A DNA stretch of 63,944 nucleotides, filler included, from Choristocarpus tenellus KU-1152 (GCA_964200185.2; 10 parts of 10 records of this genome joined end to end with filler, not necessarily neighbours in it), one strand, 5' to 3'. Numbered from the whole stretch's first letter, positions 38,291 to 52,205 are shown. Translations and numbers: made by a program. Notes: a model not told the origin generated them from the letters alone.

Positions 38291-38659
38291 CAGATACTTT
38301 GACCCTCATGTAACGTTGTAATTCACAATGATTCCATCACGTTGGTTCATTTAATTGAAGAGCAGTAGAGGTTGCAATCAAAACTCTCCCTCTTGTACAG
38401 ATTTTTTTTTTTGGGGGGGGGATGGGGTACTTGCTGTGCAATTCAATTTGAACTTTCTCCCGGCCACCTCGTGGCAATTGGTGCCTTGCGAGTCTCTTCT
38501 TGGTCTCTGCGCACACGCTTTGGTTCAATCAAGCACTGGGAATATTGAAATTTTTTGAGACAAATGCTTTGATACTCCTAAATCCTTTTGATTCATGACA
38601 CTGGAATTATGTGGTTGAAATTGTGTTGAATAACCCCAACAGTCAAAGTTCATGTTCCT

Positions 38660-39900
38660 CTTTTGTATTTGCCGTTGACAAGGTCACAGGATATTGTCCT
38701 TGCTCGTGATGGAGGCAATGAGGGGAAAAGGTATGGGCTCTATCGACAGATACAGAGGCATGCTGCATCACTAGGCCTCCCAGTGCCATCGCAACTGGAT
38801 AGTGCAGTGTCAATATGTGCTGGCATTGGCCGTGGAGCAACATGTGATGAGACACAGAGGAAACCAGTGTTGGATATTGCATCAGTGTTGAGAGACGGTG
38901 CTGAAAGTGGTGTGGGTGGGGGGGTGGATAGGGGGAGAGGACTGGGGTTGATGTGCCGCCTTCAGCTGTGGGGTTCTGGGGAGGATGTATACAGTGTCTT
39001 GGAGCGGGAGCTGATGCAGCATGTTTGATGTAGTAATGATGACCACTTGGCTGTTGAGGGGTTGAATGGGTTTCACCGGGACAGAAAGTGATAGATGTGG
39101 TGGCTCAGGTCTTACTGAGGAGACAAATACAGACTTTAGATTTGTGAAGATGATGATGCCCTGGGTTTGTTAGTTTCGTATTTGGTTGGCTAACAAGGGC
39201 AAGAGGAGAATACCCACCCAGTTCGTTCACCTTAGTGCTCGTATGCTTTACCCTCCTTGTTGTAACAATTTCTTGTTGGCTGCCATGGTAGTATGAGTAC
39301 AACGTATGCAACTACACACTGGTCCTAGAGGAAGGGCATTGCCTGAGCAGTGAAACGGAGGTAGAATTGGAGGGGATGTAGTGGGTCAACTTGCTGTGCT
39401 CCCAACCCGGACTGCAGGACATTTTCTCTCTCCTTCTATCAGATGGAAGAGTAGCTCTGGCAAGCCTCTGTTTTCGAATGCATTCTTCCCATCTATGCTC
39501 AGGACCCATCCCCACTCCTTTGGGGATCCTGTCACCAAACCATATGGTCCTAGGTACTGCTTCAAGTATGGACTTGACTCAGTCCAGAATGCCAAGCAAT
39601 GCGCCCTCCAGAAAATGAACCAAATGCTGTTGTACGACACATTTCCTTCGTGACAAGAGATTCGGAATGCTGTATGGAGAGCCTCCTACGATCTGGGGGA
39701 ACAGAACCTGGGCGGTGCCTACAGTTTGGCAAGGACCCCGGGCACACCATCATGGTCAATGTCTATGGAGATGATCAATTGGATGTGGCTGGGGTCGAGG
39801 TCATGAGGCAGCTATCTTTTCCTGTCAGCCACATGCGCCAGTTGTAGGGTATAGGATTTCCTGGTTAGGTGGTTGGAGATGAGCACCTCAAAGTGGCATT
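38660..39900 (-). mobile_element. CRE/NeSL-like non-LTR retrotransposon RT relic
   Basis: WVLSIDGKNAFEN (cf. LDxxNAFN), GAQQVDPLHP (cf. GVQQGDPLGP), VAYV (cf. AYLDD) and YPVAMALGGLVM (cf. LPxxxGGLGL), in the correct order with frameshifts. Confidence 0.75.
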
Positions 39901-40122
39901 CTTCCAATGAACAGGCATGAGTCGGGAGGGCTCTATATTCCTTGAAGATGCTCCTATGATAAATGAGTGCAGCTGCCTGCTGCTGTCTGATGCCTGGTCC
40001 TCTCCCCTACAATTTCGATGTCAATTTACCCCTCTGTGCTTGCTTGAGAAGCTCTATGGTCTGCTCTCGTATGCCCTCGTTGGACACCCTGGTGAAGGGT
40101 CTTTCCGATTAAAAATTGCTTT

Positions 40123-40379
40123 GAGTCAAAGTTTGTTAGAGGGTAGAGTCATGTCCGTTTGGAGGCCAAAATCGATGTTGTGATTTTGATGTAATTTTGC
40201 TGTTGTGTTTGTTAGGAAATGTCAATATTCTTGTTCCCAACAACACACCTTTTTGTAACATACACATTTTAACTACTCCGAAATATTTCGGAGTAGGAAA
40301 ATGTCATAAAAACCCATGGCAAGTCAAGCCCCAAATGGACAAACATGGCAAATTCGTACCCTCTAAGATACCATCACTC
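40123..40379 (+). mobile_element. MITE family A, TSD TTT
   Basis: Both TIRs; TTT flanks. Confidence 0.9.
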
Positions 40380-41159
40380 TTTAATTGGATTAATAATTGT
40401 CTGGTACAATACCCAGGAGTTCAGATGATTTGCAGCCTCTGTGGATGGTATCATTTCCATCCCAAGGTTGGACTCTCATCTAGGCCTATACATTTCTTGA
40501 CTGACAAGGACAACGTGAACCACAGCGATTTGGAGAACGTACTTCCCCTAACCAACATCATGCAGCTTCAGGTCATGGCCCAGTTCGACCTTGATGAGGT
40601 AGGCCACATGCCTGCACCAAGGCAGCACTATGCCCAACATTAACCTCTTCTACCACCTCTGTACTCAGGACAGGGGCAACGCAACTCAGCAAGTGCCATT
40701 TTTTCCGAGAGGTCTTGCTATTGCTGAAAGTGCATGGTGGGGTTGATAAACTTGTGTGAGTCCATTGTACAGCAGATGCCTCCTCTTCAGGCAATCAGCC
40801 TCTGATAAACATCTTTGGCTACTGCCAATGATAGGCTCCTCTGGAACATCTTGTGCACGAGGAGTGCAGACTGGAAAAGGTGAACGCTTTCCGTAGCTAG
40901 AATGGAAGTTTCAGAGTACGATGGGTTAGGGTTCCTCATGTTCACTATTGGGCGTAATGAGACTGAGGCTTGGGACATTAGGGCGTATTCGGATTATGAC
41001 ATCTTGTTTCAAGCGATAGACAGGATGGTGACAGTAGTGAAGGATTTTAGGTTGGTGAAGATGTGCATTTGTGAGGTGTGTTCAGTATGTTGAGTAGAAG
41101 TATCTTGCTAGCAGTATGACGGATTGCATGGGGTAGCCATTAGGTGTTGCAGTACAAGA

Positions 41160-41418
41160 GAGTGAAAGTATCTTTGATGGTACGAGTTTTACCCTGCTTG
41201 TCCATTTGGGACTTGGCTTCCCAAGGGGTTTTCTTGGCATTTTCCTACTTCAAAGTGTTTCGGAGTAGCGTAAAATGTCTACGTTATGAAAAGGTGTGTC
41301 CGGAACAAGGATATTGACACCTTCTAACAAACACGATAGCCAAAACTACATCAAAATCGCAACATTGGATTTTGGCCCCCAAATGGACGCGACCCTACCC
41401 TCTAAGATGCTTTGACTC
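41160..41418 (-). mobile_element. MITE family A, TSD AGA
   Basis: Both TIRs; AGA flanks. Confidence 0.9.
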
Positions 41419-41799
41419 AGAAATTATTTGTTCTAGTGGCGAGTGCATCGGTGAATGCAACTCTCCCCTAAAACTACATGTCTAGTATCTGTCTTACTCG
41501 AATCCCCCATTGTTAGTTCTAGGCAATGAGCCCTACAACATAACAAGCTTTGAGCTCCCTTAAGTGTCTTCAAGTTCCCTACCTAGAGGAGGTACTGCTG
41601 GGACTGGAGTAGTAGGACAGGAAAGGACACTGCACATGACCTAACAGGGATACCAGACCAAGCTCCTTCAGCCCATGCCCTCCGATTATGAGGATTGATT
41701 TGCAAATACGCAAGCTTTCTTGGGCAAGGGGAATTGGGACAAGATTTTGGAGAACAGGTAGAACCCTCTTCATACGGGTGATGACAACTTGACGAATGG

Positions 41800-42420
41800 T
41801 GAGGGAATAAATAATATGGATATCGTCAAGGCCAAAAGGGCTTTTGACCTCCTACTCAGGATTATAGATGGAGAGTACAGGGGCATCGTTCGTATTGCAG
41901 CATCCCCCTTGGAAGCATGGAAACAACTGTGGGGACATTTCAGTCGGAAGAAGAAATTGTGAGATTTCAGAGATTGGTGTTAACTGTTAAAATTCCCAGG
42001 GGGTCAAACCCTCAGGTGACTGTTAATGCTTTGGACGATTGAGTTGGCCAACTGGTGATGATGGGGCATGAGATTTTGAATTTCACCAGCACAATAATTG
42101 ATGCAGTGAGGAGCGCTTCAAGTGTGGTACAAGAGGGCATTTACAATACGTTATTTCGCCAGAGGAGGGTGGTCCCGTCTACCAAGGTGGATTTTTTACC
42201 GGATCAGAGAAGCAATCCAGCAAGAGCAGCGATGGGGCCTGGAGATTCAAGTTCTCTCTGGGTGCTGTGGTTGAAGTGATCAGGTGGGAGTGTCTGGATT
42301 TGAAAAATGGCGATTTTATTGGGAGGTATCAATGAGTGTGACAATGAATGCAACTCACATGTGCAACTTCAACCCCTATGGTGATAGCAGGTGCAAGAAA
42401 GTTTCAATGGAAATTCATCA
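41800..42420 (+). mobile_element. Ty1/copia gag relic (possible LTR at ~41430-41775)
   Basis: ASPLEAWKQLWGHF...GSNPQ...QLVMMGHE resembles copia gag; a DSG-like remnant lies at ~42385. Confidence 0.5.
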
Positions 42421-45167
42421 TCAACCCAAGGGTACGACATGCTAAATTTATAGATCAACGTAGGCTAAGGAGAATGCATTGAAGTGACGCTGATGTCAGT
42501 CACTCATGTCCCTGTTTTTGCAATCAAAGCCCTTTCCTCCAACTCAGCCAGTGCGCCTTGTGGGGTGGAAATTACTCCAGTTGCACTCACAAAACGCACT
42601 ACATATCTGTTGGGGTGAACCCGCTCCGCACTTGATGATATTTTTCACCTCGTTTTCAACCATGTTGATGAGTTTGTTGTGCTTCGTTAGACAGGAGAAG
42701 AACAGGGAAGATAGCCAGCCTCTCTGGCTTTGCGGAAGTGCATGGGGTGTGCCCAGACCATCCAACCTCGTGAACCAGTCTTCAAGTCCACCAGTGTTAA
42801 GTATGTGAGTCGGTCACTCATATTTTTGTTGATCTCACCAGACCCCAAGAAATTTTAGGTTGCAGGGTAGGGTCTGTACCATGGTGATTGTCATTGACGC
42901 AAGTTGTTTGATTTGTATTTCTCTGCTCATGCTTAAAAGAGTGAAGCAGTTTCAGCACTGGTACAGTGGCATACAACAGAGGACATTTCAGAGGTGTACC
43001 AGTATGCCATGTTTATTCTCAACAGGGGTGCTAATGATCCCCAACAAAGGGGCAACACCTTACTGTACCCTGGATGGCGAGTTCAACATGCTAAAATGAC
43101 TGCCAGAGTATTGAACATGAGAATATTCCAAAGATTATTCGACTGGACAAGCTACTAGGGAGTTGTAGACAAAAGGGTATCCTTCTTTGGAATGTGTTCC
43201 TCGCAGGATAGCGCATGATTTCCATTTCACCAACGTTTGAATTTTGGAACTTGAAGACAGCTGGACCTCATCACTCCAGACCTCCGGATAGTGGGGCTAC
43301 AAATAGTAGTATATGAAGGGTGAGAAGGTAGTCCCTTTTCACACAAAAAAATATTAGACAGCGGGCAGATTCCTCAAAGTGGAGTGGATAATCCCTTTTC
43401 TTACAAACAGGATGTATGTCCTTTTGCTCTCAGGGAAGGAAGGCAATAGTCCAAGTCAACGATCCATCACTAAACATGTAACCACTGATCTAATTCCTTC
43501 AAACCCTTAGGCTCAGTGCAGTTCCTCTTGAAGCATCTGAGTCAAATCAATTGAGAGTCGGCAGGTTTGGGCCCTTTTTCATCCTAAACCGTCTTTCCTA
43601 ACCTACGCAAGAGTGCAGTATAAGCAAAATTGATATTCCTCATTTACACACACAAGGGTAAACCACAGGAAGATGGCTTCTTCCGCAAGAAATCACTACC
43701 TGGTAATAAATCTCTAAGTTGAAACCGGTTTGAGTACTCGTATGCGGTGGTACGACCCAGTCCAGGTTTATATGGTCAGTTTTGCCACCAATGAAGCCTT
43801 GGTTGGACGCTCGAATTCGCTTCAATATCCAGTTCAGGTAATATTTTTACATAAACAAGAACAAGTATATAGTTTATTTCTATTTCTGGTTCAGGATGAC
43901 CATTGCACACATCGCACTTAATAGTATACATTTTAGCGAGAATGGTATATTGGTCTAAGTCGGGTTTACATATTATGTGAAATAATCGAAAGGCAAGAAA
44001 GGTTACCAATTAGAGGATCTCGAGAAAGACCACAAAGACGACATTTTGTTCGCCTCCGTAAAGAGCTATTCTTGAATCGTGGTGTGATCTTGAGTGTGGA
44101 AGGAGGGAGGATATCAATTTTGCGTACTCTATTGTGAATATAAGCAACAAAATACGGTGCATTGCACGTGGTAAATGCAAAAGGGTCTCAACCTGTCTCT
44201 ATCATCAACTGGTTTGCCTCCCTGCGTATTTCCGTGTCATGTATGCCGTCCACATACATACATACCGCACCTGTTTGTGCTACGATAATAAATTGTAGGA
44301 TTGGCAACAGAAATCCCAAGGAAAGCAGGAGGAGCACTTAATCTCACCTTTACAAACTCTTCTTGTCTCTATGTATGCAGGTCGCTTCAATCATAGGAAG
44401 AGTGTCTTACACACACAAACAAGACCTCCTCTGTGTAGTGTGTTGGGAGTTGTAGCGTAGCTGTAGTTGGTTGCGACTACCAAGCTGATCTCGCCAATAT
44501 TTTGCTTATTTTTGTCATTGCTACAATTTAAAACCTTTGAAATACACTTGTTCTACAACACGATCCACCCTGCACTAGAACGAGGCAATACACCTTACTC
44601 GTACACACAAAAAAAGCTAGTATTAAACAGCTACATCTTCCTCTCAACATTACTCGTAACAAGGAATGCATCCATACACAACACCATCCGATGCGTGGTC
44701 TTGCTAGGGTATCTCGCCGCTAACAAACCCACTAGAAACAAAAATGCCAGCTTGGGTCCATTCCAGAGATTGTATCTCACTTCCAATGTTGTCCAGATCT
44801 TCAAACTCCTTGAACTTCAAATGAGTCATGCTACTAATAATACTATTACCTGTGTTTCTTCTCACAAATCGAGCTCAATGCTGGCTAAGGCAACACATAC
44901 TTCCAAGTACAATAAAACGGAAGAATACACAACCCAACAGAATAAGAAGAAAAATCGTAAGGCGCGTAAAGAACATAGGTCCATAATCCTCGATACTTTC
45001 CATATTGTCTCGAGAGATCTAGTCAAGGATCCACCCAAGAAACAAAAAAATCATTTTCTACAGATGGTACCTAAAACCTTCAAATAGTCACATATATGCT
45101 ACTTCCAGCCTCCCACTGCGAATAGCTTCCTCATGTCAAGAGGATGTGTACACAATGAAGAGGATTA

Positions 45168-46782
45168 TTACTCATCACCAAGCACCATGACAGCAATCTG
45201 AAACAGGGGAGAGATGGAGACATTGCGATCATTAGAGATTGGGCATAGCATTAGGATTCACATTGGTATACGGGGTCAGGGTGTGAATGGGGCTTGAGTG
45301 AAGAACCGGAATAGACGATCTCACGAAACTACTCCAAACAGATGTAATTTATTAACCCACAACAAAGAGAACTCTTCAGCAGTTGACTAGCATTTTACTT
45401 TCAAATCGGTAAAACTTTGAACAACAATGCTACATATTTCTAACCAACGTTCATTCCAGGTTAGAACCCAATGTACCATACCAGGTGTTGCGTGCTTGTG
45501 ACTCTCCACCTACAACCCATTTGTAGAACTAGAATATGGAGTGACCCACCTCAGTAATGCTGATCCATTCGTCATTGTCCAGATTGAGGGATTCGAAAGA
45601 CAATGTCCTGACCTTGGAGGCATAGATGTCAAACCACTGATGATAATAGCAAAAGAGAAATCCAGGAACACAAGGGCACAAAAGTCTCGACCATTAATAT
45701 CGGTGAACAGTGCAAGAGAGATTCGTTATCAACACGGAATGGGGTTATTCAATGTCTATCTACCTACGCAGTATTTTACCTACGACAAATACTACAGGTT
45801 TAGACATCTAGAGTGGGGGAGTCAACATATTTCCTTGACCTTTGCAAAGTCGACGAGAACTTGTGCTTTGTAGATTCTGAGTAGTCAGTAAGAGAACTAA
45901 GTAGGCGAATAGACCTACCTCCAGGTCTCTGCTCATCCCGCTAGATGTGATCTGTCCAAGATCTTTTGATCCGTTCGCTACCACCTTCAACGTGCGCATC
46001 CTCTCCTTGCCCTTGTAAAAGGCTTCCAGAAGGGTAAATCGACAAGATATTGAGTTACGAACATTGAGCAAACGACGGTGTGCAACGTACTGGAATCGGC
46101 TGTCAAAGTTGTCCATGTTGACCTACTACAAACTGTATGAAACATAACGTCAATGCAATACGCGACGCGCACAGCATGCACGGGACAGTGAGATACGATA
46201 CATCGTGTAATACTCACATCAGCGTCTAGTGTATAAACGACCAACGCAAGAGTAGGACAGAGAAGGGACTCACCAATGCCAACCTTGACGACTTCTTGCC
46301 TCTCATCAAACACAAGTGTTAGCACGCACTGTTCACCATCCGCGATGTCCTCGCTGCACGACCAACGAGACAAGTCTTTGATCCTTCCGTCCTGCATCCG
46401 ATTGAGACGAGAGGGGAGTGTTTGTAATTCCTCTGTTCTGCTTGCCCAAGGGGGTGCTGGAGAGTATTACCTGCCTACCACTTGAGACTTCAGAGGTTAT
46501 GGTGCAGGTATTGTATTACAGAGAGAAAAAAACACCACAGTCTAGTCCCAGAGAGTTACCAGTCGATGGGCAAATACTGACCAGGACGAATTCAGGCTTG
46601 CAGCCCTTTTTGTAGCAGCCTCCTTCCGCCCTGGGGCGCATGTCATAAGCCGAGGCCTTGACCTTCACATCGGTCACGTGTTGTACCACGTCGTACTCCG
46701 AACCAGACGTGATAGAGGTAAGATGAGCTGACGTGAAGCAGATGGTGGCAAGGAGAAGAGCAATGATGGCGAAGAATTTCAT
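45168..46782 (-). CDS. Secreted single-domain discoidin/F5-8 type C (CBM32-like) protein, complete, 179 aa
   Basis: Exons 46782-46582, 46391-46274, 46022-45919, 45636-45550 and 45197-45168 (GT-AG, phases 0,1,0,0; total 540 nt). Signal peptide MKFFAIIALLLATICFTSA. Motifs DG...SRWSCS, LTLVFDE, IAFYKGKERMRTL, ITSSG and EWISITE. Confidence 0.88.
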
Positions 46783-47359
46783 TTTCGCAAATGTGCCCAG
46801 AAGGAAGGTGTTGGTGAATTTGTTAGACTGCTTGAGAGTGAGGTGGGGTGTTACTAGCAGAATTCGAGTTCAAACGGTGTAACTTTTGTTGCTCTAGGTT
46901 TGTTCCCCAGGAATAGATTCAAACGAAGATTATAGTTCGGTGTTGTGTTTGTGCAGGACTTCTCAAAATGTTAACTGTTCCAACCCTCAAATGTGGGAAC
47001 AAGTGTTCTATGTATGGACTTGGAGTGATAAGATAGGTAGAGGAAAGTATCAAAATGCTAATAATACTCATTACTGATAGACATGTTCAATGAGGGGTAT
47101 AAATTCATTCATGTCGTGGACACTCTATTGCAAACAAGACTTAAGGGATATGGTACTAACAGATCCCCATCTACTTCGAAGAATAATAAAAGTAGTATAC
47201 ATTCAAGATGCTTAGAGTTAGGGATAGGTTTGACCTTCGCAAAATATATGAATATTATTACTACTACTACTGCAACTAATACTATTCTGCATATATATAG
47301 TTTTGTAGTTAAACTTTTTCTAGTTTTACATGTGTACGACCTCTAAAATTTTTCGTCTT

Positions 47360-47480
47360 AGAGAATATCTTAGATGATAGAGCCGCGTCCATTTGGGGAC
47401 CAAAATCCAATGTTGCGATTTTTATGTAATTTTGGCTATCGTGTTTGTTAGGGAGTGTCAATATCCTTGTTCCGGAAACA
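47360..47480 (+). mobile_element. MITE family A, partial
   Basis: TATCTTAGATGATAGAGCCGCGTCCATTTGGGG... matches family A. Confidence 0.75.
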
Positions 47481-47498
47481 ACTTTAAAAAGTAAAGTA

Positions 47499-49163
47499 CA
47501 GTCGGTGTACCTCTATATAGGAGAGGTCGATATAAGAGAAGACAGGATATTAGAGAGGGTAAATTGCCTTGGTCACAACTTTTTTAGGCTATAAGAGAGT
47601 TTTCGGCGTTTTCCTGCCAATTCTCTCCCATATCCAGCAAACTAGCAATTTTTTTCATCACTTGACCAACGGGTTTCCCAAAAAGCCATGTCTAAAGTTA
47701 AGCAAAATATAACAAAGGCACAAAGCTGCTCGAGACCAACAGTACACAGCATAGCAGTCTTTTGTCTCTCAGTACTGCACAGTACAGTACACACAGTTAT
47801 ATCACATCAAAATTTAGACAACTGCATCGTACAGATATTATAACGATGCCCTGCGCAGCGGGATACAGCTGTGCAACATACGGGGTAATACTCCCGGTCC
47901 GCCACACCATACATGTCATAAGTGTCGCATTTGTAGGGGCTATCTTCATGGCATTTGCGGCGTCGTGGATCCTTTTGGTGCCAGCAAAATCAAACCGCGT
48001 GTGCAAATTGTGCATGGGCCCCACCAAGCACAAGGCTTGTCGAATAACCTAGTGTTATTCTTACGTTGTGTCTGTGCTGAAACAAGTATAAAACATAGGT
48101 TTCATGTACGTTTATCTTTAGTTTGGTACAATACGAAGTAGTAACGTGCATAGCGGTATGATGGGTCAGTCTTTGGTCATACATCAGAGATAATTGATAG
48201 CTAAGACAAAGGCCAAGTGGATAAATAATATTCAGTGTATGTATTACCATGTAACTCAAATACTAGCTTTTGGCGATGAGCTTTACACGCTCCAAGCTTC
48301 TCAACAAGGCTTCGAGTCCTCCAGCCAGTGACAATATGGCATCGAAGCGCCGTGGTAACAAGAACAAGGGCGAGGGGAAGGTGCTGCCAAATTAATCTAC
48401 ATTGTACCTGAGGTCATTGATCGCTCAGTCAAGAATGATGTAATGTGAATTCAGTGTTCTTTCTTAAGATACTCAACGAAAGAAGTCCATGCTCTGTAGA
48501 GAGGCTTGTTACCTTTGTGGACAAGGGTTTCCGTGGATGGTTTAACTCTGAATATATAGCATCTAGACTTGCATCAGGGACGCTTATTGCCGAGTGAGCT
48601 TGGTGGTGCATTATGAGGGGGCAATGACAACCAAGAAATATATAATAATAATCCACAATTAACGTACAACTGGGGTGTTCTGGTATTAAGAAGAAGAAAG
48701 AGAAGAAAACAAAGGCAAACAACAGAACAACAGAACAACAGAACAACCTTGAATCAACATGTGGTGCGCAAATCAAGTGATGCATACTATTCCTGTGTGT
48801 GGGATGTGGAGCGACGGTTCTGTATCGTGGTGTTCTGACACTAATAGATATGATAAAAATTAGTGAGAGTAATGACCAGTGCGTAATGGACCAATCAACA
48901 GTCAGTATTGACTGGTGGTACTGTATCATATCATCAAGAAATTATTAGCAAATGAGTAGCCTATGTTCTATCAAGCCGCGTCCTACAAGGCCTGGGGTGC
49001 CGGCAATCGTAAACGCTTATACTTTGTGGAGAAGGTGGAAGCGTTGACACTCCTGAAGACCATGACGGGAACTGTGATTGCTCAAAAGTTTGGAATCGGT
49101 CACAGCACCCTCTACAAGTTGAACCTCGTGGGAGAGTCGGTCATCAGAGGGACAGGTTGTTGA
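47499..49163 (+). mobile_element. pogo/Tigger-like DNA transposon relic: TA|CAGT terminus and HTH-psq transposase N-terminus at 48963-49163
   Basis: TA-CAGTCGGTGTACCTCTATATA at 47497. RKRLYFVEKVEALTLLKTMTGTVIAQKFGIGHSTLYKL matches the CENP-B/psq HTH pattern. Confidence 0.6.
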
Positions 49164-49229
49164 CATCAAAGGTAATCCTCCTCGACTCTTGGTATATCTC
49201 AATGAAGGGAAGTCCACGACCTGTGGGAT

Positions 49230-49744
49230 TATACATATTATTATCCCCTCTGAAATTTTGCAGATGTGTCAGAGAAAGAGCCAATTCAATGTCATCAGAA
49301 TCCCCGTAAGAGTAACAGTTGTCGTATATGCAAAAGACATCTCTCCAATATATATATTTACTATCTGACTACCAGCTATAACTACACCACTCCCTTTCTA
49401 TGCCTCCAACCTAGCATAGTCCTACTCCACAGGGTGAGGAGCAGCTAGGGAAGCATCCCCAAGAATCTGACTGGCCCCTCCTTGCCCATCTCCCTGGTCT
49501 CTCCAGCTTAAAAGATGCATGACAAGTATTGATAAAGTCACTTGTGTTGCGACAGATACTGCCTGTCATAAAACGGTATTTGACACCTCCTTTCTTGTTG
49601 TAAACCTCCCGCCCCTCTCCCCGGTACTACGTGTATAGCCAACTCAGCCAGAAATTTTTTTGCTTGCTTACCGACTTGCCCAAAATTTTCCACTGGGAAG
49701 GTGTTGAGGTTAGAACTTACTACTATTGTAGTACAAGTGCACAT
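49230..49744 (-). mobile_element. 3' end of a CRE-like LINE (REL endonuclease tail + 3' UTR); related 3' fragments at 37815-38083 and ~54890-54950
   Basis: FPVENFGQVGKQAKKFLAELA...RQYLS matches the ExxGxxGxxA pattern. TAGGGARGCATCCCAAGAAT occurs at three loci. Confidence 0.7.
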
Positions 49745-49787
49745 AGCAATTTTTATTGGAGATATATCTATTACAATTTACGACAGC

Positions 49788-50134
49788 TATTAATCGTATG
49801 ACTCTGTGGCGGCGTGGTTTACTCAGGAAAGGGTGGAGAAGAGAGTCAGCAGGCAAGACAGACCCAACAGACGAAGACGAACCATAACTGAGAGAACGAG
49901 GTTAAGGTTGGACAAATGCAAGACTACAAGGACTAGCAGAAAATTGGGGCGTGATGAGAATCTCGTGAGAGGATGATCATCAGAATATGTCAAGACGTGA
50001 GGAGAAAGTGGATCTTTGATGTTTATCAACTCTGAATGAGGAGATGTCCCTCTTCTGTGGGACTGGTCTCTTGAAGAAGTTCCATTGATTCAGTTTCGCG
50101 AATGGTCTTCTACTGGAATTCGGGATTCCCGACA
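49788..50134 (-). repeat. LTR-like repeat (solo LTR candidate)
   Basis: Starts TGTCGGGAATCC on the minus strand; homologous to 52611-52939. Confidence 0.6.
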
Positions 50135-52087
50135 ATGATCCTCAATCGGCATGACGGTATATGGTATGCGGGAATAACTGTATGATAACAGAAAAACCTG
50201 CTTCCAACACAACTGTTACTTTTGCAGGGGTTCTTGTGATATTGGTTTGGCTTTTCCCGTGACATGTTTTTATTATCAGAATGTCAGAGGGTATTATGAT
50301 ACATCTGCACAATATTTTCGACTGTTGTCTAAATCAAAATGTATTTACCTCTACTTTCCGTACTTTGGAGCATTACACAGTTGGTTGCCCCTCTTATGGC
50401 GACCTTCAATTCTGTGAACCAGTCAATAGGGCAACCAATTTTGCCTTACCACAAACAACATTTTGGATTTCGTCTTGTACGTCGTGTCATACTGACTAGA
50501 CTCGCCTCATAGTAGACAAACAAGCTTGTAAACGGTAGTCATAACCCCATTTGTTTTTTGTCAGGTCTGTGTAACCCTCTGCACGACACCTTGTGTATAC
50601 TGCATTCATGATGTGCGCATTGAAACATCGCAGTCTCATTCTTACCGTGATGCACAGACCACCCCACTTTACTGGGCATAAATGTCAGTGCGGAGGATAC
50701 CTACGGAATTTGTGGCAATCTGGATTCTGATGGAGATGATGAGATAAAGAGACTGTGTTGTAAGTGTAACACTCCCAATGACTGTATTTCTGATGAAGAG
50801 AAGAGTGATAAGGGCAATTCACAATGGTGAGCTCATCATTGTGTCAGTGACTTCCCCTCCAACTAGAAACAGACTTGTCACTGACAATAAGTTGCAGCTG
50901 TCTGGTGCAGGGTCGACTTTGGGGGAAAGTTTTGAAAGCTCGCTTGGGTCCAGTACTTTGTCCAGGACATCAATGTACAAAGCAAAGCTTCAAAATGGTA
51001 ACACACTAGATGCCGCTGACAAAAGGAGAATATTTTCTTTGACTGAGAAAGGTGATTTGTCGGACTAACTTCCTAGGTAGGTGCAAGATGAACCATAGAA
51101 TATTGTGCTGGTGCGAGGACCATTTCAATAATTTGATCCTGCAGGGAGGAGGTTGGGAACCAACTCCTTGCCAGTGCAAAGGGCAACAAAAGGGCCTCTA
51201 GTATACCAAGAAACTGGAAGCCAGCTCATGTAACTGCTAATACTGTATGTGTTTCTTGTGGTATTACCATCTGCATTACATCAGTAGTTTGTGCCGTCCA
51301 ATAGCTTGTCAACTCAAACTAAGCCCTAATTTCTAGATCAGATATATTGCTGCAACAAACTAATCGCTGGTCGCTTTTATGTTCTTAGCAAGTTGGACCA
51401 GGTAGATAGCATGATCATGTACTTGGTAGAGGAGACCGGGAGAGCTGGTGTGCCTGTGATTACAGACACCATCACACCATTTGGTCGTAAGTCCAAAGCA
51501 GAACTAGTTCTGAAAATACTTGTTCATGTACATATCAAGGTCTTAGAGGGCATTGATGGTGGGAATAAGCGAGCGAGATATTATTCGAAAATTCAGAAAC
51601 TGTGCAAATGGGAGTCGATAAGGAGAGAAGGGAGAGAGAGAGAGAGATTGCGACGTCAACTTGGGAAAGACATTGGAAGACCTGGAGTTGAAGGCTGGCG
51701 ACCTCCCAACCGACCACAGCATCCCTAGGGGTCAGGAATGGCTCCAACTAGAAGAGCAGGAGGATATAGTTGAGGTCTTGGTGCAGGACCTGAGGGACGA
51801 GCTAGTGGAGGTAGACTGTGTTAAAAACACTGCAATTCAGACTTGGTGAGGAAGCGGGTGAATCAACCAGAGACTAGGCAGAGAGTGAACACAGGACGAC
51901 GACGATGATGGTGGCGGTGGTGGGGCGAGTCTTCCATCACCTCTCTTTCTGTTGAAGTGGCACCAATGGGTCAAAGTATCTTGGGGGNNNNNNNNNNNNN
52001 NNNNNNNNNNNNNNNNNNNNNNNNNNNNNNNTTAATTAATTAANNNNNNNNNNNNNNNNNNNNNNNNNNNNNNNNNNNNNNNNNNNN

Positions 52088-52205
52088 CATTTTACCTACT
52101 CCGAAACATTTTGGAGTCGGAAAATGTCATAAAAAAAACCATGGGAAGCCAAGCCCAAAATGGACAAACAGGGCAAAATCCGTACCCTCTAAGATACTTT
52201 CACTC
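52088..52205 (+). mobile_element. MITE family A, 3' half at a contig start
   Basis: Ends GTACCCTCTAAGATACTTTCACTC. Confidence 0.85.

Noticed and set aside
42400-44010. Viral terminase/ATPase or KDZ transposase relic on the minus strand (RRLGKT, IISTP, CDVCNGHP)
   Set aside because: The motifs are short, separated by many stops, and lack a convincing Walker B. Not supportable without a profile search.
44467-45087. 206-aa ORF
   Set aside because: Non-ATG start, no recognisable motif, and A-rich composition. Probably chance or the antisense of decayed sequence.
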